Assembly: GCA_031284185.1 (NCBI GenBank)
Contig: JAITAJ010000199.1
Location: 1-38,218, forward strand
Reading direction: 5' to 3'
Source: Accumulibacter sp.
Lineage (GTDB): Bacteria; Pseudomonadota; Gammaproteobacteria; Burkholderiales; Rhodocyclaceae
Length of the DNA stretch: 38,218 bases
Shown here: positions 1-13,119 of the stretch, piece by piece
Layout of the letters: the number at the start of each line of letters is the position of its first letter
How positions within the stretch are numbered: the first letter of the stretch is position 1
Notes under the pieces: generated by a model
The model's input: only the letters and a program-made list of their open reading frames with translations
Databases searched by the model: none
Told to the model about the DNA's origin: nothing
Translations under genes and position numbers: made by a program

Positions 1-50
1 CCTTGACTTACTTCTCTTGGCGTAGAAAAAACTTGATTTTGAACACAGTT

Positions 51-184
51 GCTGTCTTCTCAAACCGCTCTGTCCTCTGAACCCGAGCGTTCGGTTTTCT
101 GTCCTCTGGACGGCGCGAAGCGCCGCAAACTCATCTGTCTTCTGTCCTCTCAAATTACTGTCCTCTGAACCCCGTCCTCTGAAA
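51..184. repeat. Modular palindromic/heptamer repeat element (right-half copy)
   Basis: Contains AACCCGAGCGTTCGGTTTT (80-98), CGGCGCGAAGCGCCGC (111-126) and several TCTGTC(C/T) heptamer units; same modules recur at 23078, 36580, 36773, 38019 and 38116. Confidence 0.85.
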
Positions 185-1543
185 CTATTTTCCGACGCAG
201 AAACGGCCAAATATTTCTCCGAGGAGGTCGTCCGGCGAGAATTCGCCGGTAATCGCGCCAAGCGATCGCTGGGCCATGCGCAGCTCTTCGGCGAACAGTT
301 CGAGTTGCGCGATGCGTTCGCGCGCTGCTTGCAGATGTCCGAGCGTTTCGGCGAGCGCGCGCAGATGCCGCTCGCGGGCGACGAACACTTGATCGACCGG
401 CTGCCAGCCGGCGACACGCAGCAATTCCTGCCGCAACAGGTCGATTCCGTCCCCGTTCCCCGCCGACAGCAGAATCGCCGCCCCGCTCGCCTCTTGCCGC
501 CGCTCGGGCCGCATTCCGGCCAGGTCGATTTTGTTGTGCGCGATGATCCGGGCCGGCGACGGCGGCAATCGGGCAAGAATGGCCTGCTCCGCTACGCCGA
601 TGCCTTGCCGCGCGTCGACCAGCAGCACGACGACATCGGCCTTCTCGATTTCGCGCCAGGCGCGCGCGACGCCGATCCGTTCGATCTCGTCATGGGTTTC
701 GCGCAGCCCGGCAGTGTCGATGAACCGCAGGGGGATGCCTTCGATCTGCGCGTTGCCGCGTACCACGTCGCGCGTGGTACCGGCCACCGGCGTGACGATC
801 GCCAGCTCTTCGCCGGCCAGGCGGTTGAGCAGGCTCGACTTGCCGACGTTCGGCCGTCCGGCGAGCACGACGTGCAAACCTTCCTGCAACAGACGGCCCT
901 GCCGCGCGCGCGCGATGATTTCGGCCAGTTTCGCCAGCAGGCGTTCAAGCCGGTCACAGGCATCCGTCGTTTGCAGAAAGTCGATTTCTTCGTCGGGAAA
1001 GTCGAGCGTCGCTTCCGCCAGCGCGCGCAATTCGACGAGCCGATCTCGTAGAGCATGTATTTCCCGCGAAAATTCGCCTTGCAGGGAACGCATGGCGCCA
1101 CGCGCGGCGGCGGCCGTCGAGGCGTCGATCAGGTCGATGACGGCTTCGGCCTGGGCCAGATCGAGCTTGCCGTTGAGAAAGGCGCGACGGGTGAATTCGC
1201 CCGGTTCGGCCAGCCGCGCGCCGAGTTCGAGACAGCGGTCGAGCAGCAGCTTCATCACGACCGGGCCGCCATGCCCGTGCAATTCCAGCACGTCCTCACC
1301 CGTGAAGGAGGCGGGCGCGGGAAAATGGAGCACGAGGCCGCTGTCGATGCCGCCGCCATCGGCGGCCTTGAAGTTGGCGAGGGTGGCGCGGCGCGGGGCC
1401 GGCGCCTTGCCGGTGAGCGCGGCGGCAAAGGCCGCCAGACGCCCACCCGAGACACGGACGATGCCAATGCCGCCACGACCGGGCGCCGTGGCGATGGCGG
1501 CAATCGTGTCAGGCTCTGGCGTCGTTGGCGGCCTTTCCGCCAC
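185..1543 (-). CDS. mnmE: tRNA modification GTPase MnmE (TrmE)
   Basis: [23 protein letters not shown]-terminus, [22 protein letters not shown]-motifs, C-terminal FCVGK; canonical position after yidC. Start codon uncertain (GTG at 1543). Confidence 0.97.
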   Translation of the reverse strand: MAERPPTTPEPDTIAAIATAPGRGGIGIVRVSGGRLAAFAAALTGKAPAPRRATLANFKAADGGGIDSGLVLHFPAPASFTGEDVLELHGHGGPVVMKLLLDRCLELGARLAEPGEFTRRAFLNGKLDLAQAEAVIDLIDASTAAAARGAMRSLQGEFSREIHALRDRLVELRALAEATLDFPDEEIDFLQTTDACDRLERLLAKLAEIIARARQGRLLQEGLHVVLAGRPNVGKSSLLNRLAGEELAIVTPVAGTTRDVVRGNAQIEGIPLRFIDTAGLRETHDEIERIGVARAWREIEKADVVVLLVDARQGIGVAEQAILARLPPSPARIIAHNKIDLAGMRPERRQEASGAAILLSAGNGDGIDLLRQELLRVAGWQPVDQVFVARERHLRALAETLGHLQAARERIAQLELFAEELRMAQRSLGAITGEFSPDDLLGEIFGRFCVGK

Positions 1544-3227
1544 GTTCGATCATCCGCGTGATCTGCCACTGCTGGGCAATGGACAGGATGTTGTTGACCA
1601 CCCAGTAGAGCACCAGACCTGCCGGGAAGAAGAAGAACATGATGCCGAAGGCAAAGGGCATGATCATGGCGACCTTGGCCTGGATCGGGTCGGGCGGCGT
1701 CGGGTTGAGCCTGGTCTGGATCATCATGCTAGTTATCATCACGATCGGCAGCACGTAATACGGGTCCTGCGAGGATAGGTCATGAATCCACAGGATCCAG
1801 GGGGCGTTGCGCATTTCGACGGCGCCCAGCAGCGCCCAGTAGAGGGCGATGAAGACGGGAATCTGAATGAGGATCGGCAGGCAGCCGCCCAGCGGGTTGA
1901 TTTTCTCCGTCTTGTAGAGATTCATCATCTCCATGTTCAGTTTTTGCCGGTCGTCGCCACAACGCTCCTTGAGCGCTTGCAGCCGCGGGGTCAGGGTGCG
2001 CATCCTGGCCATCGATTTGTAACTGGCCGCGGAGAGCGGGAAAAACAGCCCTTTGATGAGGATGGTCAGGATGACGATGGACCAGCCCCAGTTGCCGATG
2101 AGCTTGTTGATGACTTCAAGCAGCCAGAAGATCGGCGCGGCGACGATGGTCAGCCAGCCATAGTCGACGACCAGCGCCAGCCCCTGCGCGCCAATGCCGC
2201 CTTCGGCGACCGGCTTGGCCAGTTGATTGAGAATCGACTGAATCTGCGGACCGGCGTAAAGCGAGACGGCATGGTCGAGTTTGCTTCCGGGAGCGATCAC
2301 CGGAACAGGAACGATCAGGCCGGCAGCCACTACCGGATTGTCTCCTTCTTCGAGACTGCGCACGTAGAATTCGCGTTGCAGCTTCTCCGGCGGTATCCAG
2401 GCGGAGACGAAATAGTGCTGGATCATCGCCATCCAGCCGTTGTCGGCTTTCCGCTCAAACTTGGCGCTGCCTTTTTCGATGTCCGAGAAACCGATCTTCT
2501 GGAACTTGCCTTGCTCGGTATATTCCGCAGGCCCGGTGAAGGTGTTGACCATGCTGCTTTCACCCGCCGGCGCCCGCGTGTCGCGCTGCAACTGGTAGTA
2601 CGCATGCGCCGCGATTTCCTTGTCGCTGCCGTTGTCGATTTCGTGAGTGACGCCAATCAGGTAGCTGCCGCGCCGGAAGGTGTAAATCTTGGTCACTCTG
2701 ACGCCGTTCACGGCGGGCGCTTCCAGTTTCAACTGGATCGTATCTTCGCCATCGGGCAGTTCGCGCTTGCCCGGAAGCGGGGAAAACGAGGTCTTGTGAT
2801 TGGGCAGGCCCTCGCCGATCAGGCCGCTCTGCGCCGCATAGCGATGTTGGATGTCGAACAGCCTGAAAACCCTGGATTTGTCTTCGGTCGCCTTGTAACC
2901 CGGCAGATCCAGCCCGACCAGATCGCCTCCGCGCACGGATACCTGGGCGACGAACAGGTCGGTCCGAACTTCGACGATTTCGTCCTTGCCCACGGGCGCC
3001 GCCGGTGTCGACGCGATCACTGAATCCGCTCCGGTCGAGGCCGACGGAGCCGGTATATTCGCCGATGACGCCGGCGGCACGGCGGATGTCGATACAGGCG
3101 CGGCCGGAACGCTCGAAGACGGCGGCGGCGTCAGATCCCTGGGGTTGTTGTATTTCTGCCAGGCATCCCAAAGCATGGCCAGCGAAAAGAAGAAGACACA
3201 GAACAGGATGAGGCGTCGGTTGTCCAT
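1509..3227 (-). CDS. yidC: Membrane protein insertase YidC
   Basis: N-terminal TM, large periplasmic domain, [31 protein letters not shown] motifs; synteny with yidD/rnpA/rpmH. Confidence 0.97.
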   Translation of the reverse strand: MDNRRLILFCVFFFSLAMLWDAWQKYNNPRDLTPPPSSSVPAAPVSTSAVPPASSANIPAPSASTGADSVIASTPAAPVGKDEIVEVRTDLFVAQVSVRGGDLVGLDLPGYKATEDKSRVFRLFDIQHRYAAQSGLIGEGLPNHKTSFSPLPGKRELPDGEDTIQLKLEAPAVNGVRVTKIYTFRRGSYLIGVTHEIDNGSDKEIAAHAYYQLQRDTRAPAGESSMVNTFTGPAEYTEQGKFQKIGFSDIEKGSAKFERKADNGWMAMIQHYFVSAWIPPEKLQREFYVRSLEEGDNPVVAAGLIVPVPVIAPGSKLDHAVSLYAGPQIQSILNQLAKPVAEGGIGAQGLALVVDYGWLTIVAAPIFWLLEVINKLIGNWGWSIVILTILIKGLFFPLSAASYKSMARMRTLTPRLQALKERCGDDRQKLNMEMMNLYKTEKINPLGGCLPILIQIPVFIALYWALLGAVEMRNAPWILWIHDLSSQDPYYVLPIVMITSMMIQTRLNPTPPDPIQAKVAMIMPFAFGIMFFFFPAGLVLYWVVNNILSIAQQWQITRMIERGGKAANDARA

Positions 3228-3254
3228 GAACAGCCTACTTGGCAGATGAGGATT

Positions 3255-3473
3255 TTAAGGAACGGGATCGAAACCGCCCGGATTCCAGGGATGGCAGCGG
3301 CAGAGGCGTCTGATTCCGAGACATACGCCCTTGCGCGCTCCGTGCTTTTCGATCGCTTGGGCGGTGTAGTCGGAACAACTCGGGAAAAAGCGGCAGTTCC
3401 GCCCCAACAGCGGGCTGATCATGTAGCCATAGCAGCGAATCAGCAGCAGAAGCGGTTTCATCTTAGGGTCCAA
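3255..3473 (-). CDS. yidD: Membrane protein insertion efficiency factor YidD
   Basis: [18 protein letters not shown]...[14 protein letters not shown] signature. Confidence 0.95.
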   Translation of the reverse strand: MDPKMKPLLLLIRCYGYMISPLLGRNCRFFPSCSDYTAQAIEKHGARKGVCLGIRRLCRCHPWNPGGFDPVP

Positions 3474-3858
3474 TAGCGCGCACTTTTTCCAGCAGACTCC
3501 GAATTTCTTCAGCCAAGGCCCGCCTGTCGATGGGCAGGTCCGGCTTGCCCGCGAGACGAACGATCAGGTCGCGGGAAGGCAGATCGGAACACCGAACACG
3601 AAAGATTTCACGAACCAGCCGCTTGACCAGGTTGCGATCAACCGAAAGGCGAAGATGGCGCTTTGCCATTACCAGGCCCAATCGAGCGCCGCCGTTTTGC
3701 TCACTCCCGCGAGGGCCGTAATGTAACAGGAAATTCGCGCTCTTGATTGCCTTCCTGAAACTAAAAACGGATGAAAAATCATCCGTTCCAGTCAATCGAT
3801 GGCGTCTCGGAAATCCGTTCGGACGCTTTCGGCTTTCCTGTGCGGGCGGAAGGTTCAA
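3463..3858 (-). CDS. rnpA: Ribonuclease P protein component
   Basis: [29 protein letters not shown] (RNR-like motif); lies between rpmH and yidD. Start approximate. Confidence 0.92.
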   Translation of the reverse strand: MNLPPAQESRKRPNGFPRRHRLTGTDDFSSVFSFRKAIKSANFLLHYGPRGSEQNGGARLGLVMAKRHLRLSVDRNLVKRLVREIFRVRCSDLPSRDLIVRLAGKPDLPIDRRALAEEIRSLLEKVRAIGP

Positions 3859-3989
3859 ACGGCCAGACGATGCCGACCCTTGGCGCGGCGGGCGCGGATC
3901 ACCGCGCGGCCCCCACGGGTAGCCATGCGGACGAGAAAGCCATGCGTGCGTTTGCGGCGAACCACCGACGGTTGATAGGTACGTTTCAT
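3855..3989 (-). CDS. rpmH: 50S ribosomal protein L34 (not in ORF track, 44 aa)
   Basis: Hand translation of the minus strand from CAT at 3987-3989 to TCA at 3855-3857: [44 protein letters not shown]. Confidence 0.97.
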   Translation of the reverse strand: MKRTYQPSVVRRKRTHGFLVRMATRGGRAVIRARRAKGRHRLAV

Positions 3990-4026
3990 GGTAAAACCCT
4001 CGAAATCATTGCGAACCAAACCTTGG

Positions 4027-4056
4027 ATTAGATATCAAAAAGCTCAATTTTGTCAA
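4027..4056 (-). promoter_or_regulatory. Putative sigma70 promoter of the rpmH operon
   Basis: Minus strand TTGACA (4056-4051), 18-nt spacer, TCTAAT (4032-4027). Confidence 0.55.
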
Positions 4057-4073
4057 GTCCTTGCTTTCTTCCT

Positions 4074-4091
4074 TCATGGACTTTTGAATCC
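4074..4091 (+). repeat. Left break-point motif TCATGGACTTTTGAATCC (IS-end-like or att-like)
   Basis: 17/18 identical to 16040-16057; immediately upstream of the rpmH -35. Confidence 0.75.
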
Positions 4092-4207
4092 GTCCGCCTG
4101 AATGATTTCCAGATCGTCCGCCACGGGAATCGCAAACGGGCTTTCCGGCTTCATGCACATTCGCTTGCGGTTAAAATAGAAGTCTTCGGGGATCGAGGAC
4201 TTCTGCC

Positions 4208-6019
4208 GTGAACAACGCGCCCAAAAACAGTAAAGAGACCGCCGCCGTCACACTGGCAAGCAATTTCATCCGCAATATCGTCGAAGCCGATCTGGCCGCC
4301 GGCAAGCATGCTCAACGCCGTTGGTCCGGCAGGCCGGGACCGGCGTCGCAACAGCTCGAAGGCGCGCTCGATCCGGCGCGTATCCGCACCCGCTTTCCGC
4401 CGGAACCGAACGGTTATCTGCACTTCGGCCATGCCAAGTCGATCTGCCTGAATTTCGGGCTGGCGCGCGATTACGGTGGACGCTGCCATTTGCGCTTCGA
4501 TGACACCAATCCGGAAAAGGAGGAAAAGGAATATGTCGATTCGATCATCGATGCCGTGCGCTGGCTCGGTTTTTCCTGGCGGGACGGGGAGGAGGACAAC
4601 CTCTATTACGCTTCGGACTACTTCGACTGGATGGTCGCCTGCGCCGAGTATCTGATCGAATCCGGGAACGCCTACGTCGACAGCCAGAGCGCCGACGAAA
4701 TGCGCCTGAGCCGGGGCACGCTCACCGAATCCGGCAAGGATTCGCCCTACCGCAAGCGCGGCCCGGAAGAAAACATGCTGCTGTTCCGCCGTATGCAGAC
4801 CGGGGAATTCCCGGATGGCGCGCACATCCTGCGCGCCAAGATCGACATGGCCTCGCCCAACATCAATCTGCGCGACCCGGCGATCTACCGCATCCGCCAC
4901 GCCGAACATCACAACACGGGCAACCGCTGGTGCGTTTATCCGATGTATACCTTCGCTCATCCGATCGAGGACGCATTGGAGAACATCACACATTCGATCT
5001 GTACCCTGGAATTCGAGGATCAGCGGCCCTTCTACGACTGGCTGCTGGAGCGCCTGGCCGAAGGCGGCCTCTTGCAGTACCCGCTGCCGCAGCAGATCGA
5101 GTTCTCGCGTCTGAACCTGACCTACGTCGTGCTCTCCAAGCGTAAACTCATCCAGTTGGTCGAGGAAAAGCACGTTTCCGGCTGGGACGATCCACGGATG
5201 CCGACCATCGTCGGCGCGCGCCGCCGCGGGTATACGCCGGAGGGCTTCCGCCTGTTTGCCGAGCGCATCGGCGTGTCCAAGGCCGACTCATTGATCGATT
5301 ACACGCTGTTCGAGGATTGCATGCGCGAGGTGCTCAACGAATCGACCGAGCGTCGCGTCGCCGTGCTCGATCCGTTGAAGCTGATCATCGATAATTACCC
5401 GGCGGGCCATACCGAGGAATGCTTCGCGCCCAATCATCCGTTGAAGCCGGAACTCGGAAAGCGCATGATGCCTTTTGGCCGCGAGCTGTGGATCGAGCGC
5501 GAGGATTTCATGGAAACGCCGGCGCAGGGTTACCACCGGCTTTATCCCGGCAATGTCGCCCGGTTGCGCCACGGTTTCGTGATCAGATGCACCGGCTGCG
5601 ACAAGGATGACAGCGGCAAGGTCGTCGCCGTGCATGGCGAATACCTGCCGGATTCCAGGAGCGGCACGCCCGGCGCTGACAATTACAAGGTCAAGGGCAA
5701 CCTGCACTGGGTGTCGGTGATCGACGCTCATCAGGCCGAGGTGCGCCTCTATGATCGCCTCTTTGCCAATCCCGCCCCTGGATCGGGTGAGCGTGATTTC
5801 CTCGATGACCTGAACCCGAACAGCGTTCGAGTCATTACCGCGCAACTGGAACCCACGCTGAAAAACGCCGGACGGGAGGAACGCTTCCAGTTCGAGCGGC
5901 ATGGCTATTTCGTTGTCGACCCCGTCGATTCGCGCGAGGGCGCGCCGGTCTTCAACCGGACGGTAACGCTCAAGGATTCGTGGGGAAGAGCGGGACAGAA
6001 GGAATCGGCCCGCCGTTGA
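4208..6019 (+). CDS. glnS: Glutamine--tRNA ligase
   Basis: RTRFPPEPNGYLHFGH (HIGH), LRFDDTNP, VLSKRKL (KMSKS-like), FQFERHGYF, FNRTVTLKDSW. Confidence 0.97.
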   Translation: MNNAPKNSKETAAVTLASNFIRNIVEADLAAGKHAQRRWSGRPGPASQQLEGALDPARIRTRFPPEPNGYLHFGHAKSICLNFGLARDYGGRCHLRFDDTNPEKEEKEYVDSIIDAVRWLGFSWRDGEEDNLYYASDYFDWMVACAEYLIESGNAYVDSQSADEMRLSRGTLTESGKDSPYRKRGPEENMLLFRRMQTGEFPDGAHILRAKIDMASPNINLRDPAIYRIRHAEHHNTGNRWCVYPMYTFAHPIEDALENITHSICTLEFEDQRPFYDWLLERLAEGGLLQYPLPQQIEFSRLNLTYVVLSKRKLIQLVEEKHVSGWDDPRMPTIVGARRRGYTPEGFRLFAERIGVSKADSLIDYTLFEDCMREVLNESTERRVAVLDPLKLIIDNYPAGHTEECFAPNHPLKPELGKRMMPFGRELWIEREDFMETPAQGYHRLYPGNVARLRHGFVIRCTGCDKDDSGKVVAVHGEYLPDSRSGTPGADNYKVKGNLHWVSVIDAHQAEVRLYDRLFANPAPGSGERDFLDDLNPNSVRVITAQLEPTLKNAGREERFQFERHGYFVVDPVDSREGAPVFNRTVTLKDSWGRAGQKESARR

Positions 6020-6034
6020 AATTCACGTGAAATC
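6019..6034. promoter_or_regulatory. Degenerate parS-like palindrome
   Basis: AAATTCACGTGAAATC, 11/16 match to TGTTTCACGTGAAACA with intact TTCACGTGAA core; intergenic, just after the glnS stop. Confidence 0.4.
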
Positions 6035-6078
6035 CGGCGCCGCGCGGAGTCGAAGTCACCATGAAACCGAATGGAAAC

Positions 6079-7494
6079 CTATAGCTGGAAGGCCACCCAC
6101 AGCAGCAGACCTTCGGCCAGCGCCCACGCCCGGCCTGGCCATCGACAGGAATAGGGCTTGCAGCCCCCGCGCAGCGACTCCACCCAGCGCGCAAAATCCA
6201 TGACAGCCGACTGATCGTAGAAAGCGATCATCATTTCGTAGTTGAGGAAGAGGCTGCGCCCGTCGAGGTTGGCCGATCCGACCAGTGCCAGTTCATCGTC
6301 TATCAATATGGCTTTGGCATGTACCATGCGCGGATGCAGCCAGACGCGCGCGCCCGCGAGGATCATGTCGCGCAAGGCGCGATGGCGGGCGAAATCGGCC
6401 AGCTTGTGATTCGACCGCTCCGGCATCACCAGATCGACCTCGATCCCGCGGCGGGCCGCCAGCGTCAGTGCCATCAACAACGAGGAATCGGGAACGAAAT
6501 ACGGCGTGACCGCGAGGATGCGTTGCCGCGAGGTGAAACAGGCCGAAACCAGCAAGGTGAAGATGGTATCGTCCGCGCGATCGGGACCGCTGTCGATCAA
6601 CTGCGCCAGGGCCGGCGTCGCGCCGGCGGCGCCGCGCACGGCGGCATCGACGCTGGCCGGCGTTTCTTCCCTTTCATTGGCGAAGGCCCAGTCGCGCTCG
6701 AACTGTCCATAGACCTGCGCCACCAGTTCGCCGGAAAGATCGAAGGAAAGATCGATCCACGGTGTACGCCGAAAAATCGGCCGGGGATCGCCCTCGAAGT
6801 ATTCCGCCGCCAGATTTCTCCCCCCGCACCAGAGATACTTCCCGTCGGCAATGACCATCTTGCGATGGTTGCGCAGATTGGTTCGCCCGCGTTTGGAAGA
6901 GCTGAACGGCGGTACGAAGCGGACGACCTCGATGCCGGCCTTGCTCAGTTTCCGCAGATTGGGATAGCCGCCCAGGTAGATACCGATGCCGTCGATCAGC
7001 AGCCTTACACGCACACCGGCGCGCGCCCGCCGTTCAAGCAGCCTGAGAATTTCACCGCCAAGCACGTCCCGGCCAATGAGAAAGGTCGATATGTCGAGAC
7101 TGGAGGTGGCGCCGGAAATGAGGCGGCGCAAGCCATTCAACGCGCTGCTGCCGTCGGCGTGGATGTTCAGGCTGTCGTAGGAAGCGGGATCGGGAAGCCC
7201 CATGGCCGCGCCCAGTTGCAGCGAGCGGAGCATCGTCGGGTGGCCGGTCGCCGCCGGGATCGAAATGGCATGAGCTTTCGGAGGCTTGCGCAAGGCCGCC
7301 ACCTTGCGGCTGCCAAAAGCCAGATAGAGCGGCAAGGCCAAATAGGGCACCAGCAGAATGCCAAGCACCCAGGCGATCGCCGCCGATGGATGGCGGCGCT
7401 GGTTCAAGGTCCGGGAAACGCTGGCATAGATGGTGAGGCCCACCATGACCAACAACACATCGAGCACCTGCCAGTTTGCCCAGATGAAATCCAT
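6079..7494 (-). CDS. cls: Cardiolipin synthase (ClsA-type phospholipase D)
   Basis: N-terminal TM helices (SAAIAWVLGILLVPYLALPLYLAFGSRK), two HKD motifs (NHRKMVIADG, VHAKAILIDD), TPYFVP, SLFLNYE. Start placed at MDFIW (7494) after a purine-rich RBS. Confidence 0.88.
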   Translation of the reverse strand: MDFIWANWQVLDVLLVMVGLTIYASVSRTLNQRRHPSAAIAWVLGILLVPYLALPLYLAFGSRKVAALRKPPKAHAISIPAATGHPTMLRSLQLGAAMGLPDPASYDSLNIHADGSSALNGLRRLISGATSSLDISTFLIGRDVLGGEILRLLERRARAGVRVRLLIDGIGIYLGGYPNLRKLSKAGIEVVRFVPPFSSSKRGRTNLRNHRKMVIADGKYLWCGGRNLAAEYFEGDPRPIFRRTPWIDLSFDLSGELVAQVYGQFERDWAFANEREETPASVDAAVRGAAGATPALAQLIDSGPDRADDTIFTLLVSACFTSRQRILAVTPYFVPDSSLLMALTLAARRGIEVDLVMPERSNHKLADFARHRALRDMILAGARVWLHPRMVHAKAILIDDELALVGSANLDGRSLFLNYEMMIAFYDQSAVMDFARWVESLRGGCKPYSCRWPGRAWALAEGLLLWVAFQL

Positions 7495-7611
7495 CACCAA
7501 TCCGATTCCCCTTCTGTCAAGTCTCCCGGCGGGCGCGAGCGAAAGCCCGCCCCATGCCATGTCTGGCTTCTGGCGTGCCGCTGGTCTGGACGCCCGTTCA
7601 GACCAGCGGCC

Positions 7612-9441
7612 TCACTCCACGGTAACCGATTTGGCCAGATTGCGCGGCTTGTCGACGTCCGTCCCACGTACCAGGGCCACGTGGTAGGCCAGTAGTTGCA
7701 GCGGAACCACGTGCAGCAACGCGGAAAGCTGTCCGTAATGTTCGGGCAGGCGCACCAGGTGTACACCGTCCGTCGCCGCGATTTCACTGTCGGCGTCGGC
7801 AAATACATAAAGCTCGCCACCCCGCGCCCGGACTTCCTGCAAATTCGATTTCAGCTTTTCCAGCAGCGCGTCGTTCGGCGCCACGGCGATCACGGGCATG
7901 TTCTTATCTACCAGGGCCAGCGGCCCATGCTTCAACTCGCCGGCCGGATACGCTTCGGCATGGATGTAGGTGATTTCCTTGAGCTTGAGAGCCCCTTCGA
8001 GCGCGATCGGATAATGGCGTCCGCGCCCGAGAAACAGCGCGTTCTGTTTCATGGCGAAGCGCTCCGCCCATTCCTGGATCCGTGGTTCGAGTTCGAGCAC
8101 GCGCGAGACGGCCATCGGCAGATGGCGCAAGCGTTCGAGTTCGGCTGTCATGGTGACGTCGGACAGCCGTCCGCGCAACTTGGCAATGACCAGAGTCAAC
8201 AGATACAGCGCGGCGAGCTGTGTGGTAAACGCTTTGGTGGAAGCCACACCGATCTCCGGACCGGCACGTGTGATGAAGCGCAGATCGTTTTCACGTACCA
8301 GCGAGGATTCCGGTACGTTGCAGATGCACAGCGTCCGTTGCATGCCCGAGGATTTCGCATGGCGCAGCGCGGCCAGCGTGTCCGCCGTCTCGCCGGACTG
8401 GGAGAGCGTGATCACCAGGGTGCGCGGATCGGCGACTGATTCGCGGTAGCGATATTCGCTGGCTGCCTCGACGTTGCAAGGCACTCCGGCCAATGCTTCG
8501 AGCCAGTAGCGAGCGACCAGGCCGGCGTGATAGCTGGTGCCACAGGCGATGATCAGCACCTGCCTCAAGTCCTTGAGATTGTCTTCGCAATGAGCGCCGA
8601 AAAATCCCGGATGAACGCTGCGCACTGCGCCTATCATCTCCAGGGTATTACTCAGAGCCGTCGGCTGCTCGAATATTTCCTTTTGCATGTAATGCCGGTA
8701 TTGGGCGAGTTCGATCGAGTCGGCCGAGAGATGGGTTTCACTTTCGGGACGCTCGACCGGCGTACCGTCGACGCGCGTGATACGGTAGCCCACGCGCGTC
8801 AGTTCCGCGCAGTCACCGTTCTCCAGATAAATGATGCGGCGCGTCACCGGCAACAACGCCGAGGCATCCGAGGCCGCGTAGTTGCCTTCGGTGGATAAAC
8901 CAATCAACAGGGGCGAACCTTCACGCGCGACGATCACGTGTCCAGGCTCGGACTCACGCAGAACGGCCAGCGCGTACGCGCCTTGCAGTTGAGCGATCGC
9001 CGCGCGTGTCGCCACGAAAAGATCCGCCGTCTTCTTCAGCTCGGAAACGATCAGATGCGCCACGACCTCGGTGTCCGTATCCGAGGTAAACTCGAATTTT
9101 TCGTCTTTCAGGCGCGCGCGCAGGGCCTCGTGGTTTTCGATGATTCCATTGTGTACGATGGCAAGGCCGCCGGAAACGTGCGGATGCGCATTGCGCTCGT
9201 TGGGCGCGCCGTGTGTCGCCCAGCGCGTGTGAGCGATTCCTGTCTTGCCGTCGACATGCGACGCTTCGGCCTGCGCGGCCAGCTCGGCGACCCGTCCGAC
9301 CGAGCGCAGACGCTTCATTCCCGTCTTGTCGATCAGCGCCAGTCCGGCCGAATCGTAGCCGCGATATTCGAGTCGGCGCAGACCTTCCAGGAGAACGGAA
9401 ACGATATTGCGGTCCGCAACCGCCGCGACGATGCCACACAT
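7612..9441 (-). CDS. glmS: Glutamine--fructose-6-phosphate aminotransferase
   Basis: MCGIV N-terminus, [46 protein letters not shown]. Confidence 0.98.
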   Translation of the reverse strand: MCGIVAAVADRNIVSVLLEGLRRLEYRGYDSAGLALIDKTGMKRLRSVGRVAELAAQAEASHVDGKTGIAHTRWATHGAPNERNAHPHVSGGLAIVHNGIIENHEALRARLKDEKFEFTSDTDTEVVAHLIVSELKKTADLFVATRAAIAQLQGAYALAVLRESEPGHVIVAREGSPLLIGLSTEGNYAASDASALLPVTRRIIYLENGDCAELTRVGYRITRVDGTPVERPESETHLSADSIELAQYRHYMQKEIFEQPTALSNTLEMIGAVRSVHPGFFGAHCEDNLKDLRQVLIIACGTSYHAGLVARYWLEALAGVPCNVEAASEYRYRESVADPRTLVITLSQSGETADTLAALRHAKSSGMQRTLCICNVPESSLVRENDLRFITRAGPEIGVASTKAFTTQLAALYLLTLVIAKLRGRLSDVTMTAELERLRHLPMAVSRVLELEPRIQEWAERFAMKQNALFLGRGRHYPIALEGALKLKEITYIHAEAYPAGELKHGPLALVDKNMPVIAVAPNDALLEKLKSNLQEVRARGGELYVFADADSEIAATDGVHLVRLPEHYGQLSALLHVVPLQLLAYHVALVRGTDVDKPRNLAKSVTVE

Positions 9442-9541
9442 GATTCATCCGTCCAGAGTGAGGGGAAGGGGAGAGAAAGCGCCGAAGCGGATTTTATTCC
9501 AATTCCGGCAGATGGTGACGCGAAGGTGTGGCGTAGTCGTT

Positions 9542-9557
9542 CGTTTCACGTGAAACA
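9542..9557. promoter_or_regulatory. parS centromere-like site
   Basis: CGTTTCACGTGAAACA, 15/16 to the consensus TGTTTCACGTGAAACA; followed by a tandem duplication of CACGTGAAA. Confidence 0.85.
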
Positions 9558-9568
9558 CGTGAAACGGC

Positions 9569-10486
9569 TCATCCCGAAATTTTGAGCGTGCCGAAAGGCG
9601 GCGCATCACTGATCGCCGCGTGCAGAACGTCGATCACCTGGGGACGAGGGAAAGTGACTCTCCAGGCCAGTCCGACCCGCCGCATCGGTTGCGGCGCGGA
9701 AAAGCGGCGTATCTGGAGCAGCTTCGGGTTTTGCGGCCACGATTTCGCTGCCGATATCGGAACCACCGAAATTCCCGCGCCGCTTGCGACCATGTGTCTG
9801 ATCGTTTCCAGGGAACTCCCTTCCAGCGCGCCTTCGATTCCCCCCGGCTCGGAGAGCTTCGGACAGGCTTCGATCACCTGATCACGAAAACAATTCCCTT
9901 TCCCAAGCAATAACAAATTCTCGGCGGCAACCTGCGCGCTCGATATCACCTTGTTGGACGCCAGAGGATGATCATTGGGCAAAGCAACACAGAAGGGCTC
10001 GTCATATGCCGGGCGAACGACGATTCCGGGTTCCGTGAAAGGAAGCACGATGACGATCACGTCCAGTTCGCCCCGTCGCAACTGTTCGCTCAGATTGACC
10101 GTGAAGTTCTCGCTGATGAACAGCGGCATTTGCGGCGCGTGTGTGTGCAAGGCTGGAATGAGCCTGGGAAGAAGATAGGGGGCGATGGTGTAAATGACTC
10201 CCAGACGCAAGGGCCCGACCAATGGATTTCTGCCCTGTCCGGCAATGTCCTTGAGGCGCTCGGCCTCGTGCAAGACCCGCTCCGCTTGTTGCGCGATCTT
10301 CTCTCCGACCGGAGTCGGACGGACATCGGCGGGAGTTCTTTCAAACAGCGTGATGTTCAGGCGTGATTCAACCTTTTTCAACGCTACCGAAAGCGTCGGC
10401 TGGCTCACATGACATTTTTCCGCCGCACGCCCGAAATGACGCTCACGCGCCAGGCTCACGATGTAGCGAAGCTCGGTAAGCGTCAT
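9569..10486 (-). CDS. oxyR: Hydrogen peroxide-sensing LysR regulator OxyR
   Basis: MTLTELRYIV..RERHFGRAAEKCHVSQPTLS HTH; redox cysteines in GNCFRDQVIEAC (C199/C208 equivalents); EGSSLETIRHMVASG. Confidence 0.92.
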   Translation of the reverse strand: MTLTELRYIVSLARERHFGRAAEKCHVSQPTLSVALKKVESRLNITLFERTPADVRPTPVGEKIAQQAERVLHEAERLKDIAGQGRNPLVGPLRLGVIYTIAPYLLPRLIPALHTHAPQMPLFISENFTVNLSEQLRRGELDVIVIVLPFTEPGIVVRPAYDEPFCVALPNDHPLASNKVISSAQVAAENLLLLGKGNCFRDQVIEACPKLSEPGGIEGALEGSSLETIRHMVASGAGISVVPISAAKSWPQNPKLLQIRRFSAPQPMRRVGLAWRVTFPRPQVIDVLHAAISDAPPFGTLKISG

Positions 10487-10510
10487 TGGCGGTTCGCTGG
10501 CGCCTATCGG

Positions 10511-13018
<2,508 letters not shown>

Positions 13019-13119
13019 CGGTAGCAACACAAAACGAGCCGCAGATGCGATCCGAGCAATATCAGGCGAAACGACCCGAACCACAAAGACATCAGCGTAC
13101 CAGTGAGCTGGAATCGACG

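Noticed and set aside
4074-4091. Break-point motif as a dif/Xer site
   Set aside because: It does not resemble the XerC/XerD arms (GGTGCGCATAA / TTATGTTAAAT) and it lies at the origin rather than the terminus.
9442-9568. glmS ribozyme or riboswitch upstream of glmS
   Set aside because: The leader is short, no conserved glmS ribozyme core could be recognised, and the element is typical of Firmicutes.
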